Positions 47,258 to 55,347 of a stretch of 64,000 nt of DNA are shown here, in pieces; within the stretch, counting starts at the first letter, position 1, and each line of letters begins with the position of its first letter. The stretch is from assembly GCA_963666425.2 (NCBI GenBank), contig OY762825.2:1952001-2016000 (forward strand), given 5' to 3'. This DNA is from Bacillota bacterium. Its GTDB lineage: Bacteria; Bacillota; JAAYKD01. The translations under genes were made by a program, and so were the position numbers. The notes beneath the pieces were generated by a model, which saw only the letters and a list, made by a program, of their open reading frames with translations, ran no database searches and was not told the DNA's origin.

Positions 47258-48406
47258 CTAGCAGCATTCCTCAAACAATTTGGCGGCGGTCTCCATATTT
47301 ACCGTCACATTCAAGCCGAACGGACAGCGCTTGACGCAGGCACCGCAGGCCAGACATTCCGACGGTTTGACCTCTAAATTTTCATAAGCTTGCTTTAAGG
47401 CTTCGGTCATGCCGTGATTTTTGACAGCGTCGAGCAGCCTAGTTGTTTCGGCAATATTGATATGCATCGGGCAGGGCAGGCAATGGTTGCAATACATGCA
47501 GGTTTTATTGCCGCCCGTATTAATTGTGGCTAAAACAGGGTGGTAATCTTTCTCTGCGGCGCTGTTCTGGGCAAAAGCGGCGGCGGTTTTTACTTCCTCC
47601 AGATTTTTGCAGCCAACCAGCACGCTGCTCACTGCCGGACGATCCAGGGCATACTGCACACATTGCGCTACGGTGAGGGCTTTGCCAAACGGAGAATCGG
47701 CCGGATCCAAAAGACTACCGGCAGCCAGCGACTTCATGACGGTGATGCCAACCTTCCGCTCGGCGCAGAGGTTGTAGAATTTGACGCGTTCCTCGTCGAT
47801 CGTCATCGTGGTGGGGAATTTATCCTCATCCTTCATGCCAAAGAACGTATCCACATTGGGCATGACCAGATCAAAAATCGGACTGATGCTGAACATCACC
47901 ACGTCAATTTTGCCGGTCTTGACAATTTCCTGCGCTACTCGCGGGTTGTGCGAGCTGACCCCGAGGAAATGAAAGACACCCTTTTCTTTTTGTTCGCACA
48001 TATAATCGAGAATGCCGTGTTCCAGCACTGTCTGCCAATCGGATAATTCATCTACGTAATGCAGCATGGCAATGTCGATGTAATCGGTATGAAAGCGCTG
48101 CAGAAAATCTGCGATGTAGATTTTGCATTGTTCCAGATCGCGGCTGCGTTTGTATTGTCCGTTTTCTACTACGGCGCCGACATGACCCTGCAGATACATT
48201 TTATCCCGCTGGCCTTGGAGCGCATCACCGATTTTACTGCGGACATCCGGATCGGACATAAACACATCCATCAGATTGATCCCCTGGCTGATGGCATAGT
48301 CGATCATTTGCTTGGCTTCTTCCGGTGAGGCTTTGACGAAATATTCGCCGCCCAAACCAATTTCGCTAACCTTCAGGCCGGTTTTTCCTAAACTGCGATA
48401 ATTCAC
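47258..48406 (-). CDS. Aldo/keto reductase with C-terminal Fe-S domain
   Basis: YRSLGKTGLKVSEIGLG, TDYIDIAMLH, CMYCNHCLPCP and CLACGACVKRCP; probable GTG start at 48406. Confidence 0.9.
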   Translation of the reverse strand: MNYRSLGKTGLKVSEIGLGGEYFVKASPEEAKQMIDYAISQGINLMDVFMSDPDVRSKIGDALQGQRDKMYLQGHVGAVVENGQYKRSRDLEQCKIYIADFLQRFHTDYIDIAMLHYVDELSDWQTVLEHGILDYMCEQKEKGVFHFLGVSSHNPRVAQEIVKTGKIDVVMFSISPIFDLVMPNVDTFFGMKDEDKFPTTMTIDEERVKFYNLCAERKVGITVMKSLAAGSLLDPADSPFGKALTVAQCVQYALDRPAVSSVLVGCKNLEEVKTAAAFAQNSAAEKDYHPVLATINTGGNKTCMYCNHCLPCPMHINIAETTRLLDAVKNHGMTEALKQAYENLEVKPSECLACGACVKRCPFGLNVTVNMETAAKLFEECC

Positions 48407-48691
48407 AAGATCCGCTCCCTTCAAACTGTTTTATGACTAATTCGTTCTGATTGGGAAAGAACCCTTCTTCGCACAGCCAATAATAGAAAAAAATGGCTAA
48501 TAAAAAAGGACTGTGATGGAGTTTAATTTCCAAAAAACAGCAAGCAGGCTGGATTGACTTGCCTGAGCAGAGGAATCGAACCTGTGTGGAAAGTGAATTT
48601 TAATCGACAGAAAAGTCAGCGTTTGCGATAGCGCTGTTTGCACTCTTGTGCTATACTAGAAAACATATTTAGAATGAAAAGAGGCCAATCC

Positions 48692-49261
48692 ATGCAAGTA
48701 TTCCACTTAACACAAAAGGATTATATCACCTCCATTTGGAGCGGCGGCAGCACCACACAGCTGTTCCTCTGGCCGCCGCAAGGCAATTATAACGAACGCG
48801 ATTTTCTCTTCCGTATCAGCTCTGCCACCGTGGAAACAGAAACCTCCACCTTTACAGAACTGCCCGGAATTGGCCGATATATCACACCGCTGCAAGGCAG
48901 CTTGACCTTGCAGCATAAAGGTCATCATACGGTCACCCTGCAGCCGCTGCAGATTGACAGTTTCTCCGGCAACTGGCAAACGACCAGTATTGGCAAGGCG
49001 CGTGATTTTAACCTGATGCTGAAAAAATGTCAGGGTCAATTGGCGCTGCTGCCGCGGCGGATGCGCCTGGAAATTGAGCCGGCCAGACGAGAGTCTTTTG
49101 AAGGATTTTATTTTACCAAACCCGGCAATTGTTTAGTGCAGGGCACAACCTACCCAGTGCAGGCAGGAGATCTGCTGCTGCTGCATTTGCTGGCAGAAGA
49201 GGAACGCATTGAAGTGATCCTGCAAACGGAAGAGACGCTGCATCTCGCGATCCAATTGTAA
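48692..49261 (+). CDS. HutD/Ves family protein
   Basis: WSGGSTTQL, FRISSATV, FTELPG..R, DFNLM. Confidence 0.85.
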   Translation: MQVFHLTQKDYITSIWSGGSTTQLFLWPPQGNYNERDFLFRISSATVETETSTFTELPGIGRYITPLQGSLTLQHKGHHTVTLQPLQIDSFSGNWQTTSIGKARDFNLMLKKCQGQLALLPRRMRLEIEPARRESFEGFYFTKPGNCLVQGTTYPVQAGDLLLLHLLAEEERIEVILQTEETLHLAIQL

Positions 49262-49299
49262 GCGAATAGAGTAAGAAAAGAAAGGCAGTTGAACCAACA

Positions 49300-49686
49300 A
49301 TGAAAAGTATCAAACCCGGACGCGGTCCCTCCATGATGAGCGGTATCGCTTCCCTGGCGGTGGGAGTCTTTGGCATCGTATGGACTTTTGCCGCCGCTTC
49401 CATGGGCGCACCTGGTTTCTTTAGCCTGTTTGGTGTCTTTTTTGTCCTGATGGCGGTTGTCAGCGGAATTTACAATATCCGCAATGCCACTGCGGAACAG
49501 CGCTACTCTGCTTTTGATATTACCGATGGAAGCGAAGAAGCAGACCCGCTGAATCAGCACTTTGGCGCAGCTCCCGAGCAGACTGACACAGCGGCAGCCC
49601 AAAGCGACGGCCGCTTTTGCCCCTATTGCGGCGCCTCCGTAGAGGAAGATTACAGCTATTGCCGCCAATGCGGCAAGAAACTCTAA
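49300..49686 (+). CDS. Two-TM protein with C-terminal zinc ribbon
   Basis: Two TMs; FCPYCG...YCRQCGKKL. Confidence 0.8.
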   Translation: MKSIKPGRGPSMMSGIASLAVGVFGIVWTFAAASMGAPGFFSLFGVFFVLMAVVSGIYNIRNATAEQRYSAFDITDGSEEADPLNQHFGAAPEQTDTAAAQSDGRFCPYCGASVEEDYSYCRQCGKKL

Positions 49687-49779
49687 AAATCGGCTTACCG
49701 CCATAACTTACCCTCGCTTTAACCCATCTTCGCCGTAGTCATCTTTTATCGTAACCATCTTGTGTTGTAATCCCATCCC

Positions 49780-50473
49780 CGTCGTCCCCTCTTTTGTCGT
49801 TCCCCCTCTTGTAATATATTATTCTGCTTTACGGCCACTAGACTTTCACCAAATGTAGGGAACGGTCTTGACCGTTCCGCCGTAACCCATCCTCGTCGTT
49901 CCCCCCCTCCGTCGTCCCCTCTTTCGTCGTCATCCCTCTAGTAACATATTATTCTGCCTTACGGCTACTTGATTTTTACCAAATGTAGGGAATGGTCTTG
50001 ACCATTCCGCCATAACCAACCTCGCCGTGACTTCCCTCGTCGTCCCCTCTTTCGCCGTCCCCTCTAGTAACATATTATTCTGCCTCACGGCTACTAGACT
50101 TTTACCAAATGTAGGGAACGGTCTTGACCGTTCCGCCGTAACCCATCCTCGTCGTTCCCCCCCTCCGTCGTCCCCTCTTTCGCCGTCCCCTCTAGTAACA
50201 TATTATTCTGCCTCACGGCTACTAGACTTTTACCAAATGTAGGGAACGGTCTTGACCGTTCCGCCGTAACCCATCCTCGTCGTTCCCCCCCTCCGTCGTC
50301 CCCTCTTTCGTCGTCATCCCTCTAGTAACATATTATTCTGCCTCACGGCTACTAGGCTTTTACCAAATGTAGGGAACGGTCTTGACCGTTCCGCCGTAAC
50401 CAACCTCGTCGTAACCCATCCTCGTTCCCCTCCCTCCGTCGTAACCATCGTGCGTCGTCATCCCTTTAGTAAC
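49780..50473 (+). repeat. Tandem array of ~128-bp units, each containing a GTAG-type REP hairpin
   Basis: GTAG-GGAACGGTC-TT-GACCGTTCC at 49855, 49985 (variant), 50111, 50239 and 50369 (periods 130/126/128/130); sequence between hairpins nearly identical. Confidence 0.9.
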
Positions 50474-50584
50474 AAATTAAAATATCGGCGCTGCGAGCAA
50501 ATGTTGATAAGCATGAAACAGGAGTTCTCCTTTAAAAAAACAAAAAAACACCGGCGGTGTGAGCAGAGAGGAAGCGAGAAAAAA

Positions 50585-50995
50585 ATGCGATCCTTAAATA
50601 TTGTGGTGGTCTATGATCCAACCGGAGAAAATCTGCTCTTTTGCAAGCGCCGCAAGAAACCCTTTCTGGGCTTGTATAACTTTGTGGGCGGCAAACTGGA
50701 GCCGGGAGAAGAGCCGCTGCAGGCTGCTTACCGTGAACTGCAGGAAGAAACCGGTATCCCGCCGCAGTTGATAGACTTGTGTCATTTTATGGACTTCACC
50801 TATTATCTGGATGATCTGCTGCTGCAGGTCTTTGTGGGCAAATTAAAACAGCCGTTTGCGGTGCACGGCACGGAAAACCAACTGCTTTGGTTACCAACAG
50901 AGCAGAACTTCTTTGATGAGACCGTTTTTGCCGGTCACGGTAATATCGGCCATATCCTGGCCATGCTGAACGATCCCACCGCGCAGAAGTTTTAG
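50585..50995 (+). CDS. NUDIX hydrolase (MutT-like)
   Basis: GGKLEPGEEPLQAAYRELQEETGI Nudix box; likely start 50585. Confidence 0.9.
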   Translation: MRSLNIVVVYDPTGENLLFCKRRKKPFLGLYNFVGGKLEPGEEPLQAAYRELQEETGIPPQLIDLCHFMDFTYYLDDLLLQVFVGKLKQPFAVHGTENQLLWLPTEQNFFDETVFAGHGNIGHILAMLNDPTAQKF

Positions 50996-51109
50996 ATGCT
51001 CTCTCGTCTTACGACCAAGCGGCTTCCAATTTGCTATCTCGCTGTAACTTCTTTGCCGTCATAACCGTTTGCATAACAAGCTATTTCGTCTTATGACCAC
51101 AAAGTTTTC

Positions 51110-51275
51110 AATTTGTCGCCGTAACCATCCCCGTCGTAACCCCTCTCCGTCGTAATCCCTCTTGCATCATGTTCTACCGCCTTACGATTACAAAATTTTA
51201 CCAAATGTAGGGAACGGTCTTGACCGTTCCGCGTAACCCATCCTCCGTCATCCCCCTCCCCGTCGTCACCTCTCA
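51110..51275 (+). repeat. Sixth, diverged unit of the REP-containing repeat
   Basis: TTTTACCAAATGTAGGGAACGGTCTTGACCGTTCCG (GTAG at 51207) with C-rich flanks. Confidence 0.85.
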
Positions 51276-51379
51276 CAAGCCCGATTGTGATACTGTAACC
51301 CACATCACTTCTCAAGCGATTTGCTATCTTGCTCACAAACCTAGCGATGAACCGATCATCGAAAGGAGCTCAAAAGCCC

Positions 51380-51760
51380 ATGAGTGACTATGATAATACG
51401 TTTTGGTATTTGGTGGGTCAAAACAGCAACGACCCGGGTGGACCTTCCGGCGGTGGGAGAGGACCCGGCTGTTTTGTATGGTCGCTGATTCTTTTTGTTT
51501 GCGTTTTCCTCCCGCTTTGGTTCCTGGTATCCTTGAACCTAAGTGACGGAATGCTAATTGTAGTTGTTGCTACTGCGGCTTATTTACTCTGGCGCTATGC
51601 TACAAAGGATCAGAAGAAAAGGGAAGAACAAAAAAAGCAGGAGCAGGCGAGGCTGGAGCAACAGAAACTTGATTGGGAGAAGCAGAAACAGGAAAAACTG
51701 GACCTGGAGAAGCAGGAAAAAGAGCAAAAAGAACAGCAGGAAGATCCGGAACTGATGTGA
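51380..51760 (+). CDS. Small two-TM protein with charged coiled-coil tail
   Basis: AAAGGAG RBS; two hydrophobic helices; EQKKQEQ-rich tail. Confidence 0.65.
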   Translation: MSDYDNTFWYLVGQNSNDPGGPSGGGRGPGCFVWSLILFVCVFLPLWFLVSLNLSDGMLIVVVATAAYLLWRYATKDQKKREEQKKQEQARLEQQKLDWEKQKQEKLDLEKQEKEQKEQQEDPELM

Positions 51761-51975
51761 GGGCGAAAACATCTTTTGAAGAGAATGTATTTTTATAGAA
51801 ACAGAAAAAGTTCTTTAGAAGTAAACGGGTAAGCGGTTTATCTTACTTGTATTGCAGCTAAGGAATACTTACCGGATAAGGCTATGTCCTATGTGCAAAA
51901 AGGTTCGTTTTGATTAGCAAAAGCACAAGCTCTTGACAGGTTTAATTAAAGTGATTACTATACAACCAATAACAC

Positions 51976-52023
51976 AACATCGTATTCCGTGGAAGCTGCT
52001 TCCGTGGAATACGATGTTTTTTT
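51976..52023 (+). terminator. Long hairpin with T-tract
   Basis: AACATCGTATTCCGTGGAAGC-T-GCTTCCGTGGAATACGATGTT-TTTTT. Confidence 0.7.
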
Positions 52024-52217
52024 ACTACTTGCTGTATCCCCTAGTAAATCCTTGCTGTTTCCCACCATTTTTGCTGTAGTTCCCGCTTACCTTCCGTCAC
52101 TTTCCATCTATTTTGCTGCAGCACTTGCATCAACTGCGCAGATGCATACGTTTTGATCTTTGCTTATACTGCAGTCAGCAGCGGGCCCACTGCAAAAAAA
52201 GGAAAGGAATGATAAAC

Positions 52218-52442
52218 ATGGCAGCAACAAACACCGCCAAACCCACCTCTCTGTCTCTCAAGTTCATCACCGCCACCGTCAATGGAGTAAACACCTATCT
52301 CAGCCGCACCTACAACAACATTAAAGCAGGCGCGACCGACGATAACGTCTTCAGCGTGGCAACTACGCTTGCCGCTCTCACAACCTACACGCTCAGCGCC
52401 GTTACCCGCAACGATAAGGGTGATCTCACTGAAGCCGTTTAG
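52218..52442 (+). CDS. DUF1659-like small protein
   Basis: SLSLKF..SRTYNNIKAGATDDNVFSVATTLAAL pattern; AAAGGA RBS; start 52218. Confidence 0.7.
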   Translation: MAATNTAKPTSLSLKFITATVNGVNTYLSRTYNNIKAGATDDNVFSVATTLAALTTYTLSAVTRNDKGDLTEAV

Positions 52443-52477
52443 GCTTCTACCGAACTTTGAAAGGAGTCTCTTAAAAA

Positions 52478-52717
52478 ATGGCTGTACAACAATCGAAAAC
52501 TCTGGTACTTAAATTCACGCTTGCCAATGGCAAAAGCATGACTCTCAATGTGCCCAATCCCTCCGAAACCTTGGCGGCCGCTGATGCAATTGCCGCCATG
52601 CAGGCCATCATCACCGCCAACATCTTTGAAGTGGGCGGCTCCTCCGTTACCGCTATCTCCGACGCCTATATCAACGACCTGACCAAGACCGATATCCAAG
52701 TCGTTAGCGGCGCTTAA
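52478..52717 (+). CDS. DUF2922-like small protein
   Basis: KTLVLKF..NGKSMTLNVPNP..AMQAIITANIF pattern; AAAGGAG RBS; usual neighbour of DUF1659. Confidence 0.75.
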   Translation: MAVQQSKTLVLKFTLANGKSMTLNVPNPSETLAAADAIAAMQAIITANIFEVGGSSVTAISDAYINDLTKTDIQVVSGA

Positions 52718-52737
52718 GCACCCCGGAGGAACGGTAA

Positions 52738-53145
52738 ATGACGGACTTTGAACGCTTTACCGCCGGTTTGAAATGGGGCTGCGGGCTAATTGCCTGCGGC
52801 CTCAGCTTCTTACTGGGAGCCAATGATACGCTGCTCTCCATTCTCATTGCCCTGCTGGTGCTCGATTACCTAACCGGTGTGATTTCGGCTTATGTCAGCG
52901 GTAAACAACTGAGCAGCCGCATCGGCATGCAAGGCATTGCCAAAAAGATGATGTATCTGGCTCTGTTGGTCTTGGCAAACTTAATGGATAAGATCCTCAA
53001 CACCCCGGGTTCCCTGCGTGCGCTGGTATTAGGCTTTTTGATTGCTAACGAAAGCCTTAGCGTGCTGGAGAATTGTCGCAAGTGCGGTATCCCCATCCCT
53101 TTGAAATTGAAAGAAGCGCTGGAGAAATTTAAATCCCCCAGCTAA
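52738..53145 (+). CDS. Phage holin family protein (toxin secretion/phage lysis holin)
   Basis: LDYLTGVISA..LSSRIGMQGIAKK..ANESLSVLEN..GIPIP. Confidence 0.88.
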   Translation: MTDFERFTAGLKWGCGLIACGLSFLLGANDTLLSILIALLVLDYLTGVISAYVSGKQLSSRIGMQGIAKKMMYLALLVLANLMDKILNTPGSLRALVLGFLIANESLSVLENCRKCGIPIPLKLKEALEKFKSPS

Positions 53146-53164
53146 CAAAAACGAGGTGATCCCA

Positions 53165-53737
53165 ATGCTCTTAATACAAGGTCATTTGGCTGAAAATCAA
53201 TATGACGGCTATGCGCCGCATCATCACATGATGCTGCTTGATCTCAGCTTTGAAGAATATGAAAAATACCATCAGCGCACCGGTAATGTCTTTGCCGATA
53301 AAACCTTGGCTTCCGCTGTGCGCAATCCCTGGCGCAGCGGTTTTGTGCGTAAAATCTTAGAGAAAACAGATGACGGTTACGATTACTGCACTCAGGTGGA
53401 ACCGGCGCACAAAGATCTCTACGCTTTCAACGGTTTGCACGATGGTGTGGATGTGCAGCCTTTTCAGGTAGCGCCGCAACCGCTCCTGGGCCAATTCTAC
53501 AGTAAGTATACCAACATCAACGGCACAAAATCGAGCTGCTCCGTCTACGAAGTGCACGACTGCCTGGAAGATGAGAAAACCGGTGAAATTGGCCGCTGCT
53601 GGGTTTGGATCGGCGCTCTCTTTGTGCAGGGGGTGTTGATTGATGGTAAAAGCTATGTGCATGTGAAAGGTCTCACCGATGCCGCCATGGCACCGCGACC
53701 GATCTGGGATGAACGCAGATTAACAGTGGAAGTATAA
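53165..53737 (+). CDS. Hypothetical protein in the endolysin position, with a C-terminal stalk (copper-amine-oxidase N-terminal-like) motif
   Basis: Follows the holin; GAGGTG RBS; C-terminus LIDGKSYVHVKGL..IWDERRLTVEV resembles the stalk repeat; N-terminal region not recognised. Confidence 0.55.
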   Translation: MLLIQGHLAENQYDGYAPHHHMMLLDLSFEEYEKYHQRTGNVFADKTLASAVRNPWRSGFVRKILEKTDDGYDYCTQVEPAHKDLYAFNGLHDGVDVQPFQVAPQPLLGQFYSKYTNINGTKSSCSVYEVHDCLEDEKTGEIGRCWVWIGALFVQGVLIDGKSYVHVKGLTDAAMAPRPIWDERRLTVEV

Positions 53738-53780
53738 AAAAACACGGGTTCCAATGATGAATTGGAACCCGTGTTTTTTT
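53736..53780. terminator. Rho-independent terminator closing the holin module
   Basis: AAAAAACACGGGTTCCAAT-GATGA-ATTGGAACCCGTGTTTTTT. Confidence 0.88.
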
Positions 53781-53902
53781 ATGTACATTCCAATTGGATT
53801 TGTTATATTACCACCGCGATGCGGGGGATATACTATGTCGCTCCGCAAGCCTAACAACAACGTCGTCCTCTCATTTTCAACCGTTCTCCGCCGTTCCCCG
53901 TT

Positions 53903-53927
53903 GTAGGGGCGAGGCATTGACTCGCCC
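53903..53927 (+). repeat. Second-type GTAG REP-like hairpin
   Basis: GTAG-GGGCGAG-GCATTGA-CTCGCCC in C-rich context. Confidence 0.65.
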
Positions 53928-53954
53928 GCGGTCATTCAACCTCATCGTAACCGC

Positions 53955-54193
53955 CCCCGCTCTGGAATCTGTCAGCCTTGAACCTAGGTCCCGGAATGTT
54001 GGCTTTGGTTTCTGGAACTGCGACATATTTGCTCTGGCTTTATGTTGAAAATGCTCAATAAAACAAGAAATGCAAAAAAGCAGAGCAAGCGAGGCTTGAA
54101 CAACAAAAACTCAATTGAGAGAAGCAGAAGCAGGTAAAATTATTCCAGGGGAAGCAGGAACGAGAGCAGCAGGAAGAGCCGTAACTGATGTGA
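53955..54193 (+). pseudogene. 5'-truncated, disrupted copy of the 51380-51760 membrane-protein gene
   Basis: Aligns by eye with 51510-51760 (CCTTGAACCTA, CTCTGGC, GAGAAGCAGAA, CTGATGTGA); contains stops and indels. Confidence 0.75.
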
Positions 54194-54459
54194 AATGAAA
54201 ACAGCTTTTGAATAGATCATATTTCCATTAAAAAGAAAAAGGTTCATTGGCAGAGGCACGGGTAAGTAGTGTATCTTATTCGTATAGCAGCCAAAGAATC
54301 TTTTCGTGTTATATAATGTAATTCATTTAAAAAGATTTAGTGCGAGATATATTCTAATTGATATTTAATACAAAGAAGGGAATGTGAAAGAATATGTCGA
54401 AAAAATCTTGAGGTACAAAACATTTCATAGCTCAATGATTTATTACGCTAAGGGCGGAC

Positions 54460-54690
54460 ATGCTGCACGGATTTTTTTAAACGAAACTTGAGAAGTGGTC
54501 AAACCTTGAAAAAATAGCCGAACATCTCGGTGTGAGCAAGGACACGATCCGCAACAGGATAAAAAAAGGCGTTATTCCATTCCACCGAATTGGCAAACAG
54601 CATAAATCCGAAATTTTTGAAGTAGACACTTGGGTCAACAGCAGTAAAAGTGCCGAAGTTCAGAAAATGCTGATGATAACTGGAATCTAG
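54460..54690 (+). pseudogene. Excisionase-like helix-turn-helix gene, disrupted
   Basis: Frame reads MLHGFF*TKLEKWSNLEKIAEHLGVSKDTIRNRIKKGVIPFHRIGKQHKSEIFEVDTWV; in-frame TAA at 54478. Confidence 0.65.
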
Positions 54691-54779
54691 GGAAGTGAAA
54701 ATGTGATGAAATAAGGCAGTCTCTATGCCGCATAAGGTACCCTTACTGCCGAGCGAATGTCGTTGAACGAAAGACTGCA

Positions 54780-55195
54780 AGGACTTCTTGCAAAGAAAGA
54801 TGATGTCGACGCTTTGATAAACTACGAGCTAAAACAAAAATTAGCTGATTTAAAATATCCCTGCAAAGCTATCGCAGATCAATTGAAATACAGAACGAAT
54901 CTAATCTCACTATATGTTACGAGACGAAGTTGAAAATCAGATATTTGAGAGAATGGCAGAAGAATACTCAGACGTTGAATTTGAAATTAAAAGCACTATG
55001 ACCACACCATTTTAAACGATGACAATGACTAACTAACAAGAATTCTCGATGCTTGTAAATTCGATTTCTTTAATTCAACATATTTGCCGTTGAGCAGTTT
55101 TGATGTAGAAGTAAACGGTAAAGGGAAAGGAACCTACGACAAAGGTTAAAGAGCTTTTCTAAATACAGTTGTTGCTATTGCTTTATTTGAGTAAA
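54780..55195 (+). pseudogene. Fragments of an SMC/ABC-type ATPase gene
   Basis: From 55033 translates LTRILDACKFD..FDVEVNGKGKGTYDKG*RAFLNTVVAIALFE*, resembling the signature region of ABC three-component ATPases. Confidence 0.4.
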
Positions 55196-55347
55196 AAGTG
55201 TAAAAGCAAATGTGATTCGCTTTACAAAGGATCCTGAAAGTAATCGTTAAGGTCTACTAGAAAATTCACAATAAGAAATCAAGAGCAAATATAGGACCGA
55301 GTAATAAAATATCAAAAAATGGAATTCAAATGAAAGAGGTCAAGAGA

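Noticed and set aside
50027-50242. 71-aa ORF in the repeat array (and 51091-51336 on the minus strand)
   Set aside because: Unit lengths of 126-130 bp do not preserve frame, there is no RBS, and the products are low complexity; most likely chance ORFs.
49780-50473. CRISPR array
   Set aside because: Sequences between the palindromes are ~100 bp and nearly identical rather than unique 30-40 bp spacers; no cas genes in the window.
52218-53737. Intact prophage
   Set aside because: Only a holin is phage-like; no integrase, terminase, capsid or tail genes.
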